Origin: Phoronis australis
Lineage: Eukaryota > Animalia > Phoronida
Reading direction: 5' to 3'
DNA length: 64,000 nt
Assembly: GCA_002633005.1 (NCBI GenBank)
Contig: NMRA01000793.1
Span: 3,106 to 67,105 of the forward strand
Each line of letters starts with the position of its first letter. Position 1 is the first letter of the stretch. Below are positions 11,701-26,700 of this stretch, one piece after another. The translations under genes and the position numbers were made by a program. Under the pieces are notes generated by a model, which saw nothing but the letters and a program-made list of their open reading frames with translations, was not told the origin of the DNA and made no database searches.

Positions 11701-14700
11701 ATCCACGTGTTTAGTGCACTCGTATGACGCGTGCATTACACACGTTCTCAAAAGAACACGTTCGGAGCTTAGAAAGTTGCTTGGGAATTGTCGCGAGTTC
11801 CTTCTTGTATAGGGCAAGAAATGGTTCAAGGAAGCCATCGTCATTAAGACATTGAATCCACCACTCAATAGACACGGTAGTGATAAATTTGCACTGTCTG
11901 CTTCTGGGAACGCCGCACTCCCGAGGGCTTAAGGATTTTTAGTAACAGCATTTGTCCACTTGAACGATTTAATTTCTCTTTGATCATAGAAATACATGTG
12001 CTGGCACCTTTTTAGGGACGACTTTGTATCGTTCTTCGACCCCACGTATGGCAATTGCTTCACGTACAACAGCGGCGCTCGCTACGTCCAGAAAACAGAA
12101 ATCGTTGATGTACATGGAACCGGTCCCGATCACGGTAACTGTAAACAATTCCCTTTTAGCTTTGAGTGGTCGACAATACAAAACAAAATATGCGTAACTG
12201 CGAACGTTTCCCCCGTGATTGAGTGGGAGCAGGTAGGCAATGACTGATGATAATACATGCACTTCTGGTGCGATGATAAAAGTGCAGTCATGTAGTAATA
12301 GACTATAAAGTAAGTTGTTTTCGTGACATGTTTGGGAGGGGGGTCTCGGTCAAGGGTCATTTACTAAAGGTTAAAGGTCAAAGGACTCGTGTAATGGATG
12401 GGACTGAAAGTGACGTCATTCGCAAACGGGGAAAAGTGACAGTGACATCACAGTTTAATAGGCCCTAGAAGTGACGTCTTCGGGTCGCTTTGGAGAGGGA
12501 TAGCGATCCAAGGTCAAGGTCATGCGTGTAACCGGAAATTGTCGGTGAACCAGAGAGAAGTGAAAACGAGGTGAGGTCCTAGTCGAATCAGACGCAACGT
12601 GACTACTGACATCATCAGGTAGGTCAACGCGTGTCACTATCTACTACCTGGATGTTCTGTCACTCAAAGGACGTTAAAAACGTCCAAATGAGGTTGTACA
12701 GTTCAACTGATTGAGAGTGGGAACAAAATATAGATTCCATAATGTTGCGAACTGAATAAGAAGAAAAGGTTGATTACCTTCATGTGTGCGCCACGTGTCG
12801 TTGTGGTCGTTGTACAAGTTATCCCCCGTTGTTCTCTCTCTCTCTCATTTCTTAACAACAGACAGATATCACGTGTGTCTAGTCCGTGAATGGGACTAGA
12901 AAAATTGTATTTTGCAGGCCAGATTTTCTTCCGTGACTGTCTGTGGAAACCACAGATGCTTTTCCTTGTCGAAAGCTTCTCACATGCAGGGTTTAATCAC
13001 CTCCTCGAGGTAGTTACCGGATATGGCCATGCACGCCGAGTTTGTGTCAATCTCGTATTGACTCGCAATATTCGAAATCGGGCCTGTCGACAAACTTTAA
13101 CATGAAGTCGTAGTAAAACTCTAACATGCGTTTCTTTGCGTACTGGTAGACAAAATCCTATTTGGAGTGGGAAGTTCAGGAGGATAGTTTTTAATCTCCA
13201 ATTCGTAGGTTCCGTCTCCGATGTAGTTGACATGTCTAAATTTCGGGAACTGGACCTCCCGTTGAGCCTTAGTCCCTCCTCAGTACTTGAGATCACGATG
13301 CCTTTGTTGATTCGTTACCGTCTTACCATACAAAGGTTGCCTATAAGCTTCATTGTCTGCGCTACAATGGCCTTGTTTCAGTCTTTGTCCCCTTCCCACC
13401 TAGCATCGCCGAATTCCTCACCAAAACTTTCGAAACATTTTTCGGAAGCGAATTCGACAACGATGTTTGTTATTTTTAGGCTGTGATCCAAGTACCATTT
13501 CAGAAGCGGGGTTGCCAATAGAAGAAACTTTGCACCAGAGATCGTCGTGGTCGACTCATGGTTTTGTTTTTCTCTGTAAACTCCTGCATAATGTCTCCAA
13601 TGTCGTCTGGACTGATGTATACACACCTGAATGTAGGTTGCACATTTCTGAAAAGTGCACCCGCAGATGCCATGGAATTTTGACGTCATATTTCACACTC
13701 CCGAACAGAGTACCTTTTGGAAAGAATGTCTTTATTTGTTTGCTCATCAAGCTATAGAAACGTTCCGTGAGTAATTCTCGTCTTCTGATAAAAGAACGTA
13801 GGACATCGTCTTGCCGTTTCAAATCCTCAAATTCGCACTCCCAGATCTCTTCGTTATCGTGATGATGTAGTCTCTAATCTTTCTGGTGTTTTCCAAGAGC
13901 TCACTTACATATGTATGGCAATGTTTCGAGTTTCTTTCCTCGTCGTCGGTGCGCCGCTTGGTTTCGTTGTTAGAGTACAGTCATGACCGTGCCAGTAACA
14001 TCCATAAAATTGGAACACTTTGTGTGACCGACGACAGAAACCCTCCACTTTAATACGACGCTCACCCACTCTCCTTTCAATCCCATTGAACTGGTGACGC
14101 ATACTGATTCCGCGTAGGAAATTGTTTCCCTGGCCGCGACGATTAAATGATCCGGTCGGTTGCTTGTTCATGATGCTGCGAAGGTAAAGAGCATTTACAT
14201 AGAAAACCCATAATCTTTTACACCATCTTTGGTCTTTTTCCTACTTATTCTATCCCCTATGGCGTATAAATGCCTTTCCGTTTTCGTGGTACCAGTGGAA
14301 AACAACACTGGGACCTCCGACGACACTACTTTTGAACGTATAGTAAAAGTCATAGTGCTTTCCCTCAAACAGCGTAAAGAATACGTTACCGATATTTTTG
14401 GAGAGAATCTTCGTTGTCAGTCCGGGCACGCTGATGCCATCAAACCCCTTCTCCCTGTAAAACACTGCCATGGTATTGACGGCTTCCAGCATAGGTCCAG
14501 TGTCTTTATCATTGTACCATACCAAATAATCCTTCAGACTCGTTATGTTGTTGTCTTTCCATGTCTTAAGACCGGGCTTCATCTTCTCCCCTGCAGACAG
14601 CCGCTTCAGGTGGTAGATCCGTTTCCTCTAGTTTAGCCAGGTTATCCACGTACTCGTAGGGGAAACAACCTTTCTCTTCAGCCGTCTCGTACGCCTTAAC

Positions 14701-17700
14701 AACTTCCAAACAGACGACGCGTTCAGTTGCTAAGAGACAATGAATTCGATACGCGATTGACAGTGTAGTAATTTAGATCTGATTATGGTATAATACATTA
14801 AGTGTTAAACTCGTTTTCGATGTTTCTTACCCCATAGCAACTGTCCAAGAACAGTGCCTCCGCATGCTGGCGTTGCAGTCGTTCCGCCTCCGCTGTTGCT
14901 ACTTCACCATTTTCTCCGTGACCGATGCACTCTATAATTCTGACCCTTTAAGTATCCCCAGTCTCTTGGACCCCTTCACCGCACCAGTACTTCCTACTGT
15001 AGGAAAGGCACTCAACGTCTGTGTTACTGACACGGAGCAGCTCCTTGATGCAGTGGAGATGCACCCATGCCCCATAACAGGCGGAGGCTTTTCGAAGAAC
15101 TTGGAAAAAATTTTTTTCAAGACCTAGCTGATGACAGCACAAGAGTGTATGCGCTCAAGACTATTGCTCCTAGATTTTACTCCAGCCCCAAAGAACTGGT
15201 CAAGAGTGCCCACGCCATTCTTAGAGAACAGTGAAGGGAAGACAACGACCTAAGAATTAGACTGGGCAACAACCATGTGACTAACAAGATTCATATGCGC
15301 GTCAAGAAAGGGGCTGAAATTACGTTCAGTCCGAAATTCGAAGAAATGTTGAAAATCGATCAGGAGAGCTATACCGACAACCCGGGTACTTATTGCGTCA
15401 AAAAGGCCAATGTTCCATGCTCCCTATGTCTAATGTGATCTTGTGAAATCGCCTCTGATCAAAAAAGGGCCGATGCTATTGGGAAGATCGCTTTACGGAC
15501 TGGAGCAGACTTTGCAGATGATTTACAGAAAGGAACGGTAGCCAGAACAGCAGCCTCCAATAGGGCGATTTAAGCAGCCAACACGTTTTTAAACAGATTG
15601 TCTTCTTACATCGCGCCACTCCCACGGGAGAAGATACTTATAAAACATAAAGTAACAACCAAAAGAGTTATTTCTAAAAGACCGAACTATAAGAAAATAG
15701 CAACATCGCAGTGCAGAGGTATTTTTTTAGAACAGCTCTTGTACACGACAAGTCCTGTGAGTGTGTTAAAAGCGAGCTCGATTTGTTTGCCGTGTCTTCT
15801 ACTCAGACAAGCATTGAACACGGTCAATGGGGGAAACACAAGACTCACCCCAGAGTTACATGTAAGGACGACGGACTGCTGCAATTTTTGTCTCTGGTTC
15901 CGGTGACGAATACGTGAACGTGGCAAACACGGAATTTTATGCCAGAGCAAAAATAACCTACGCAGATAGATAGGATATCACTGAAAATGTCGATTGTGTC
16001 CCAACCAACCTGTGGCTACATTCGATGTTCAGTCAAGTAGACATCTTGAACGAAAAGCTGATTTCTCCTTCAACCAAGACTTGCAGCTGCAGAGCCTACT
16101 TAAAAACACTGTTGTCTTACGGAAGCGAGGTCAAGAACGGATATTTGACTGCAGCACTCTGCTATAAGAATACTATCGGGAAATTTTATTCCCTAAGCGA
16201 TGTCAAGTTAGGATATAAATTTCAGGATGATAGTACGAACCGAACTGGAAATATATATACTAAAGAAAGTGGAAATTGAACTCGCAAAAGGGCTTGTTCG
16301 TTTGTCTGTGAACTGTGATTTAGCGTTCCTATATGTTACACCTGTACTTCACATGATAAAAGAATGTACCAAATGGAGTTCATTGATTGTTTCAACGAGA
16401 ATCTCGCCATCACTAATATTATTTATTCCAGTTTGAAGTATACAATTTTCAGTTGACCTAATTATCGGTGTGTTCTATCTGTGTTATGGGTGTTCAATCA
16501 CGTAGAAAAATGAATACCGTCTTTGTCAGAAACACAGTGCATGTATGTCTTTCATTCATCCGTGTTCTTAACCAGTTCCAGCTATACCAGAACTGATATC
16601 TTTTTGTCGGGTGCTCCAAAACTAATGCCACATAGACTTATATATAGGTAAATATGATTTCTACAAAATCTGTTTTGTATTTAGGCCTGGTGATGACCCT
16701 GAATGTGGAACAAAACGAGTACATGTCCTTGACAGAAAGTGCAGGCGTTCGCATGGTTATACATAACGATACTGTGATGCCCTTTCCTGCTGACGAAGGG
16801 ATAAATCTGGAGCCGGGGAAGCTTCATATGATTGGCATGAGACAGGTAAGTGCTGCAGTAAACGTTATAAAATACGTGATGCGAACACACAGCCGGTTGA
16901 AGGGGTTGTTACCATAGACGTACAAATTACTAGTACCATATAGGCCCTGTTCCATGTTGCGTAGTGTTCATTCAGAAGGTTGCAAAACAATCGCCGAATT
17001 TTTCGGAAGTTTCAGCACATTTTGGTGTAGCTGACAACAGACTCAAGGTCTAATTAACTGATTTTTACATAGCCTGCAAGATGTTCACTATGCTGTCGTC
17101 GACAAGGTCCGATATTGTCGTCGAAAGTGCCCACGATGAAAAATTTGCTAATTTGCTGAGAGAACATGTATCCTGGCTGTTTCATTGCAACATTTGTTAA
17201 TTAATTGTTTCTTTTGCTTTGTTCGCTATGCGTAGGTTCAAATCTCTCGGATAGGCGTACCGCACGGTAAATGTGAAGACCCGTCCATTTCCAACAAAAC
17301 TCGCAATCTGTACGAAGAAGATCACGGGGTGCATTACTCGCAGCAGGTAAGATGATGCGAGGATCTGCGAATCTGTCTTCCACAAAAGAAACTATCGTTT
17401 GAAATACAGCAGATAACGCTTTAACCATTTGTAATACTTCGGTATATTTGTAAGCCATTTTCCCCACTTCTGACATTTGGGACACTTTGGGTAAGCCAAC
17501 AAGTCATCAGATGCGAGTGTATTGGCAGAATCTTACGTAAGATCTAAGCAGAAATCTTTGATGCGTTGGTTCCGTTATTACAACATCTCACCCACAACTG
17601 GAACTCCTGCCCATTTTATTCAACTGTCATGTTGTCCTATCTCGACCGCCTTTGTATACCTGCAATCGTGTTCCGAGATCCTCACCCTCTGTACTGTGTT

Positions 17701-20700
17701 GTATCTTCGTTTTTTGTTGGAGGTAACAATCTTGGCTGTGCTGTTCGAAGAATGTCCCAATCCCAATTTTCCGCTGCACATCATTCCACCTGTCGATGAC
17801 GTATCCTGTTCGCAGCTTATTCAACCGTAGATGTAGCTCTCCAGCTTCTTCCACTTGGCACTCCAATGTTGCTGTTATTAGTAACGGTTCCTTACTACCA
17901 CGTAAGGTCACCACAGCTCTAACCTTGAACGTCTTTCACTTTTCAGCAATTGACGAAACTAGTAACGTTACTTTAGTTGGCGAGCTATACAATCCCGCGT
18001 TATTGAAACTCCATCTGATTTTTAAAGCAAAAAGTGTCCGCGATAATCTTGGCACCAGACTGTGCAGGTAACACCACAATTTTGGCTTGTTAGATTTTAC
18101 ATTTATGCTGACCTTTTACAACAAAGCTGATATTTAACACCTCTAACGTTGCTGATATCCTTCAATATTTCATCACAGACCTTTCCCAACCTTAAACATT
18201 TTACAGATTTCTCTGAAGTTGGTGGAATTCTTACTCCCGAGTGCGCGAATGCTGTGCTTTGCTGTATAACTCCTTCCTGAGTCGCCAAACTTCTCGAATT
18301 GTCTGGTTTGAAGTTCATCCTTGCCCACTCAGCTTATCTTCCTAAAGTTGTGACGAAGGATTCAGTCATGATAGTAATGTCGTCCACAAATACCCAGTTA
18401 CGCGTCTGTTAACTATATCCAAGCATTGCACCTTTCGCTCAGTTATAGTTATTTATAATAGCATATGAAGAGAATGATGGCACTCTAAGAACTTTTTTTC
18501 TATCTTCTGCCACTCTTTAATGAAATTGCCAATGATGCATGTCGTACCGATGCAACTGAAGTAGTATTCAATCATTGCCCTGAGCCCGTCATAAATTGCA
18601 TCCCCGGGACAGGTCTTTACACATTGGTTATTTCTAGCGAAAATTACTAAGAGGTTCTTATTAAACGTGTTGGCTTGATATATCAGCTCTGCGATGACAG
18701 CCTTGTGGTCTATATATCCACAGTGGCCAGGCAATCCGTCTTTCTTTATGTACGTGGTTGCCATTTTGATAGGACTGACATGAAGATATTAGATTATTTC
18801 ATGCACTTCATACTATCACTACAAGCCTTGCCTAAAAATTGTGATTTGAACTCCTACAGGTTGCCAATAAAAGCCTTTCATTTGCACAACTTCTCCCTAT
18901 GCACTTCTTAATGTGGTAAGCTCCTCCCTTGCGTCATCCCTTCATTTCCTCAGCCCTTCTTCTCAGGTTCACTTGCTGACTTCAACTGGTGCTTCAACTA
19001 TTCGATTTCTTTTTAGGGCCGCTATTCTCCGTTAACATTTAGCCGGTCCGCTGCACTGATCCCTAATGACTTGCTTGCTTCTCATTGCAATTCCTTCTTC
19101 ACAGATACCATAAACGATTGTCTTCGTTGTTTTGAGCTTATAATATTCTTTGTCCCTCTAATAAGTGCCAGGTCTAGGTCAATCTGTCGGTCGTCGTCAA
19201 GCTTACTCTACATACCCTATCAGCTGCNCTGAGCGTTCTGTTTCAAATTGCCTTCTCACCCAAACGAACTGAAACAAAGTCTGTCTCGTTAGATGCAATT
19301 TGTAATGCCTTTGGAGTGTTTGTGAGTGCAAATGATTTGACAAGCCAGCAATGAATAAATCTATGCGTTACCGGCTTTAGGTGCAATAAAACTAATTGAC
19401 AGGACACCGAGGCCGTGTGAGCTCATGCTAATTTAGTGTTTGCTGACAGAAACTGTTGTGAAACAACTCGATTTCCATCCCACGGCTAGGTGACAGGGGA
19501 ATCTTTATTTGCGTTTTCATTACTCAAATAATGATTGTCAATGTACAACTTCTGCCCAGACGGTGCTGTGGCCAAAGCGGAACCCGAGTGAATTCGCGGC
19601 CCCCGACGAGTAAGTAGATTTGCAGTTTCGTGGCTAATTCACCAACATAATCACGTGCACATTACTTTGGCTCACTAGTATAGTATTTTCTTGAGTCGAA
19701 GTTTAGTTTCCACTGATTTTTGGCTGGTTAATGTTCGTAATGTCTGATTAGTTTCCGAGCCACTGGCCGGGATAACTATGAAGGCAATCCGGCCGTCCGC
19801 GACGGGCTTGATCGGGCTCCGAGCCACTAGCCAAGATAACAAGCGTTTTGTGTTTAGAACTCAAAAAATCATTAGTCTAAACAACACAGATCTAGGTTCT
19901 CCTGTCTTTATCTCACGGGAAATACTTCGAAATTATCTCCGAACAGACCCCAAACTCCTGGTACGGACCTTATTGGCCTGCCGAACTTTGTAGGCTACGG
20001 TGTGTCCAAATACCAATAAATCCGTAAGAGCGAAATAAAACAACACGTTTTTATAAGAACTCGGTGTGTTTTTATGGATTTTACATCGAAGTTTGATGAT
20101 TTATTGCTGTTAAACGATGACTTCCAGCGATAAGCTGACACCAGTAACTCCTGTTGTGAACTGCTGAACAGACTGCTTGTGAAACTGATGTCGTCATTGG
20201 ATAATTTCAACACCTCCGTCTGCCGTCAGGTGTCAGGTAACGCAACCGTACGGTTCGTTATGGAGTAGAACTACTCGAACTAAATTGATACAAATTAGGT
20301 TGTTTTTTGGGTGACATGCTCCTTTAAGACATTTGTTGTAAGCACGTCACATTGAGAATACGTTAAATGGTATAAAGAGACCTATTGGTGGAACAAACAA
20401 ACACATAAATAATTAATTTGCACAAAGTTGTGCTTCTCTAATATAAATGTTTTCAGCAGCGGAAAGATTAGAGTTTTACCTCAGGGGCTTGTAAGGTATA
20501 TTCTATTCTCTTTCCGGACAAGAAGTGTACATGTACCTACAGATTCACTCGTGTTAGAAGATGTTTCTTTCCAAAACAACCGAGCCACTTCTTTAGAACA
20601 GGTCTCATAAAAGCCATTGTCAAAACACCAGTAATTACGAATATATTATGCAAAAAGCATCACTGAATAAGGTTATCTTGCGAAAACAAGAAAACTTTTA

Positions 20701-23700
20701 GTTATTTAATAAGATTAAATATCAACGTTTAGAATTAACGAGTTGTGTTTTGACCAATTTTATCTATTTTAACCACCCCACAAAATTGCGGAATAGTTTC
20801 TCTAACTTTTTCTCATGTTGTGGGGATGGTAACGCATTATAGGTGAACAAATTTAGAGAGAAAAATTAATTTAGTTACTGTAATTTTGCACATCGGAATT
20901 AAAGCTCTTCTAGACCCTGAACTAATTCTTAACTTTCTCTGGTTCTGTCTTCAAAATTTAAGGTGATCATTTCAGGTAACCCAATACCAAGTGCGCAAGT
21001 AGTAAAATGTTTTTTCCTCCAAGTCATATTTCTCCTATATTTTATGACCCTTATTCAACTATGCTCCGTATCTTTATATTGCGTTTTACACAAGAAAACG
21101 TAGAAGAATTGGCGTAAAAGATTACGGGTTTCTCTCAAAGAAACATTGGAATCACCTAGAGTTAAGACTGTCGTTTGCACATTGCATAGCTTTAGGAGAT
21201 ATATTGCCATCACCAATACCAACCAATGTGTTACTGTGACGCACCATTATTGTCATGATCTCGGGATACGATATGAACAAATAAAACGAGATTGGATCAC
21301 CCTGCCGGCACCCTCCACCAATTTAAAAGAATTCGGAATTGATGATGAATAACAGAGGCAAGAGCGTCCACATGTATTTGAAAAAAACCCAGCCAGCATT
21401 AGGCAACTCGTACCCAAGTGGATGAGAATGCATGCATCTTGGCATCACACTTCGAAGTGAGCTCATCGCTATTCATGGTCTTCGCCTAATGTGTATTGGG
21501 TGAGATTATTGCAATCGTAACCAAAGCGCCTGTTCAAAAATAAACAAACTGACTAATCGTCTTTGAATTTTTAAAATCGGTACATTATAAGAGAAATTAC
21601 AGCGCATACGTTTTCTTCAGCAGCTTGGCTGACCCACACGCATTAATTAGTTTTTATGAAAAGATGAGTTAATCATAGTCTGGCTTAGGCTCACTTATAT
21701 TGTTGGGATGACAAATTGCAAATTTTTCACAGCAGTTAAAAATTAAGTGCGTTTTGCATGAAATTCCACGAAGCAGCCAAAGGCTACCCGAAGTCACCTC
21801 GTACAATAAGACCGGGGATATTAGTTTCCTCTGTGTACTGCATCAAATCATAAATGCTTCCCGTGTTCTTACCTGTGTGTCTCCCTTAAAGTCCTTCTCT
21901 CACGCGTTGTTAACCCTTATTACATGGTTAGAAGATGTTATAAGGATCCAAGAAGTACCTACCCCATAACTAATACACGATCCGTACTCGAAAAAAGTTT
22001 AAATGAATGCGCCACTCACGATTCGCACCCCAAGAACCACCGCCATTTTGAACTTGCCGCGAACCCGGAAGTACAATTCATTCAGGAACCCAGGCCGAGA
22101 AAACGCCGTCAGTGTGAGTGCCTGTTACAGCCTGCAAACGGGGATAAAATAATCGACAGCGCGCCTTAATTTTAATAAAATCAAAATACGGACAATTTTA
22201 TCGAATTTGCTGAAGAAATGTGGCGAATAAATTTTGACAGAAATTATTTTGCCAGACTCGGGACCGCAGCCTATCGGACCCGGTGCCGATCGAGACCAGA
22301 CACTGGGGAACGGTAAACGCATGCGGTTGCAAGCTGTTTTGTCGAAGTAAAATGGTAAATCATAAATGCTGCATATATTCAAGGGTAGTTTCAGACACTT
22401 GCATGAAATTACGGGCTGGTTAGTCTTGTGTCACACTGCCGCGGCAGACCTTGGTTAGCCACAGTGCCAGCTACCAGTGAAGACTATCGTCAAAATACAG
22501 CTTGTTAGTAGGCGTATACAGCTTTGCGCCAAGGCTACCCTTAGGCCTAACTGGTCGCTGGCCACAGCGCTCGCTCAAACGAGGTTTATTTAGAACTTGG
22601 GTACTTCTGGCGAACTGTGCAAAGTTATTGGCTTTCAATAGAGATTTTCCCAGACTTTGTATGAGCGCACCAAGCCTAAAAGAATGGGGGGGGGGGGCTA
22701 GAATTTTTGGGAATGTCTATCTTTTACTATAAGATTCAGTGGGTATGTTCAGAGCTATGAATTGCAGACGCTAAATTTTGGTACTTCCTGTCTTCTAGTG
22801 GAATTTTGTCTCTATTTTTTCGGAATTCGGTCTTCTCTGACTGAGGCAGACCTTTTTCCAGTTCTCCAAAAAGGGAGCTCGTTAGAGCACATAAGTATGA
22901 GAAGTCCAATACAAAATGTTATCATTTTTATTCATTAACCAAACTGAAATGATTCACGAAAATTGAACAAAGTTTCTTTTTTGCAGCAACGTTTGTCAAA
23001 ATGTGTCAACGTTAAATCTTCACAAATTACAAAGTAGCCGATTGAACATGCCTTTCAGTTCAGCAAAAGTCGCCATGTTGTCGGTTCCGCCAGAAATGAG
23101 ACGAAGTCAAACGGGAATTGTGAGCACATTTATCACTTAATGAGTAACAACTGCGAGGCTGAAATTTGGTGAACACTGTTAAATCGTGCAGAATAGTAAG
23201 TAAAGTTATAGTCTAACTAAATTTCACCGTAATTTGTTGGCGAAAACAATTTACACACATGTTTGAACTCGTAACTTATCCTGCTGTCCTCCAATATGGC
23301 CGACGCGATCCAAACAAAGTGACCCAAATTTCGCCACAAAACTTGCAATAACTTTACACTGCTTGCCCCGATTTTGATACTTTTTCGATTTTTACTGAGT
23401 AGAATGCACTACCTTTCCGATGATAGCAAAGTACTTTTTCAAAGCGAGAAAAAAAATAATAACACCGAAAAAAATTGGTTCGACTCATATTGGTTCCCAG
23501 GTTCGACCGGCCTACGTAAGGTACTAAACACGAATGCTATTTTAACATACTAAGTACGCCTTACATTCCAAAAATCAACGACCACTAACTACAAACTATA
23601 AATGCAGTACATATGCAAACGAGTCACGAGATATTACTAATAAAACTAAATAATGAAGACTTTTCGAGCAAGCGATAGCACATTCAGTTACAAGGAAAAA

Positions 23701-26700
23701 TGGCGCGTTCAGGACAAGTTCCTGAACAGATGAGCCGGAAATGTGGGTACGGAAATAACCGATGACAACCGGTAATCATACGCTCAGAGAGAAGGGTCAA
23801 ATACTGTTCAAAAATCGCTTTTGGCAAGAAAGGCGAAAAGAGTATAAAGAAAGGGTGTCGAAAATAAGATTTTATGTAGTAAGTATTTTCGGATACTGGA
23901 ACCACATGGGCAGTTTGAGAGAAGGACTTTAAATAAATCCTTTTCGGTTTCCATGCATATTTCAGCTCATCTTTGATTACACTGTACCACAGGCGCTCGG
24001 ATTTCCAGATCACTCATAACCATATATAAGAAACGTAAAGGTTGGACACTAAAACTTTGCCAAGCCGAGGCTCCCAACTTCAACTCTCTAAAATCCAAAT
24101 AAAATCTGCGCGCACCTCCCTCAGTTTGTTATTGCATATACCTTCGAAGCCCTATCTTTCCTAGATCCTATAACTGTCCTCGTGAGTGGTGAATTGGCCA
24201 TGGAATTTCCAAAACAATCTCAAAACTCGGACGGATTTCAGTTGTGCTTCAACTTGTACGCCTGTCGTAGGTGAAACTTCGAGTTGAGCAAGCAACCTAT
24301 ATTTCAAATTCAATAATTCTAATCCAAAACTCAGACAACTAATCGAGAATGTTAAAGTTAATATTTTAATGATTATTTGTAACTTTATTCCATTGACAGC
24401 TCATTTTACCCCTTAACTTAGAATTTTATTGCATAAATATAGATTATTACATGGCGAAGTCTTTATCCCCCGTTATCTAGAGCCCGAGTGGATTTTGGAG
24501 AATTATCGCCCGAGGGGCGTTAGCCCCGAGGGTGATAATTCTCCAAAATCCNCACTAAAACTTTGCCAAGCCGAGGCTCCCAACTTCAACTCTCTAAAAT
24601 CCAAATAAAATCTGCGCGCACCTCCCTCAGTTTGTTATTGCATATACCTTCGAAGCCCTATCTTTCCTAGATCCTATAACTGTCCTCGTGAGTGGTGAAT
24701 TGGCCATGGAATTTCCAAAACAATCTCAAAACTCGGACGGATTTCAGTTGTGCTTCAACTTGTACGCCTGTCGTAGGTGAAACTTCGAGTTGAGCAAGCA
24801 ACCTATATTTCAAATTCAATAATTCTAATCCAAAACTCAGACAACTAATCGAGAATGTTAAAGTTAGTATTTTAATGATTATTTGTAACTTTATTCCATT
24901 GAGAGCTCATTTTACCCCTTAAATTAGAATTTTATTACATAAATATATATTATTACTTGCCCATCGGGCGATAATTCTCCAAAATCCACTCGGGCTCTAG
25001 ATAACTGGGATGACGACTGAGAACATGTAATAATCTATTTATACCACATACTGAACGAGAAACATTGCAATGAATCGATCTAACTTTGTCGACTCGCCTC
25101 GGCTTTGTAACTACTTTCTATGTCAGAGGCCCGGGGTCGGAGGTCGTGACCTTTTAAGAAAAGCCGAGCTATTTTTGTCAAACAATGCTTATACTCAAAA
25201 CCAATTGAAAATTTAAACAAAATAGAAATAAAGTGAATCTATAAATAAATGTTTAGCAACTATTATAGCTTACTACATATTTTATCACGCTTCGACCTGG
25301 AAAATATCGTCTGCTAAAGTAGGTCACCACTAGTATCTGACTATAATGCTCAAGTCAAAGGATCCTGTTTACACGATACCCGCATTCAATTTGGAGATAG
25401 ATGTTTTACAAGTGAGAGAACACGAGAGAAAAATTTCACTGAATTAAAATATTTTTTTATCGAAATTATGCTTCTTATTTTCCATAGCGTATAAATGTCG
25501 GTGCAATGCCCTTTGCTGAAAATGCGATTGTTGCGCATGCTAATTTAAGTATTCTAGTTTCACGTTCGACGAGGTCAGCCGCTTAGTGGTGTAGTGGTAA
25601 AGTCGGCGACTCGCAACTCTTCTGAGGCCCGGGTTCGAATCCGGCCTCGGTTTCCCTCCAAAATGTTATCACACTAGTTAGATAACTTTATGGGTTATTA
25701 CGCGGTTGTTTCTGCCATTCGAGGCTAATATTGTGGTATAAACTGACGTATCTTGTTTCTCATCTTGACATCACGCACTTTTTTGATTAAAGCACAACAC
25801 ACACTCGGCCAGGAAACGTAGTCCGTGCAAGTATTACAATGCGCGTGGCCGACGAGTTAAATGGTTTTAGCCAAAAGCAAAACCTTCATGAGAAATCACA
25901 GTGCACAAAATAACTTCGCACATCAATACAGTATCAGGATAATTTATCTTTGACACAAATATGTGAGTAATTACATTTATTTGGCAATAAAGTGCCCTCT
26001 GCTTCTCATGATCAAGTGGTCGAGGGATTAACGATGAAAGCCGCGCGAAATTATACTTTCGGATTTAGCTCGGGAGCGTCCGTCAAAAACCCGGTTGTGC
26101 GAAGACCGTCTACCATGACATCACGGAATAAGTTCCTTGAATTTGTGATTTTGGCATTCTTTTGGCATTTTTGTCGCCAAATCATCACTCGAAGGCAATT
26201 TGAAGAGATCAAATGAAAGAAGGTATTCTAAGAGTTGTTCGATGCTAGCTTCGTGGAGTTCCATGCACATTTTTGTAGACATTTTTGAGGAAACAGATTT
26301 CGAGTATCCAACCTTTATGTTTTCTTACATGTAGTAGCGAGTGACGTCATTTGCGATTAAGGAACAGATAAACCCAAGCGCCTGTGCACTGTTCCTGGTT
26401 ACCAAATACTTCCGCGTTCAAATACTAGGAGACCTCAAGATACTAGTCTTTATTGGCTCGACAGAATTAAATTCCTCGTTTGGGATTATAAAGTTGTGAT
26501 TGAGATTATGACACATCGTCGATGATGTGTATTGTTGTTTGTTATTTCGATTAAACAGGCTTGTACGAAGTCATGCTTTCAACTAACGTTAAAGAATCGA
26601 TGCGGTTGCTACTCAGAAAAGTATCCGTTTCTGCCCGAAGCATTCGACAACCAGTCTACCATTAAGATATGCATCGACGAGGAAGAGACAGGTAGGACCA

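Larger units (their letters stand above)
12291..16230. mobile_element. Maverick/Polinton (adintovirus-like) endogenous viral element remnant in intron 4 of gene A
   Basis: Terminus-like TGTAGTAATAGACTATAAAG (near AGTAGT type) followed by a GGTCA/TGACGTCA-rich region, then pPolB fragments on the minus strand and minor capsid-like, PZ-like and major capsid fragments on the plus strand. Confidence 0.85.

Noticed and set aside
25578-25652. Functional tRNA gene
   Set aside because: Stems are mismatched and it sits within a repeat; treated as tRNA-like only.
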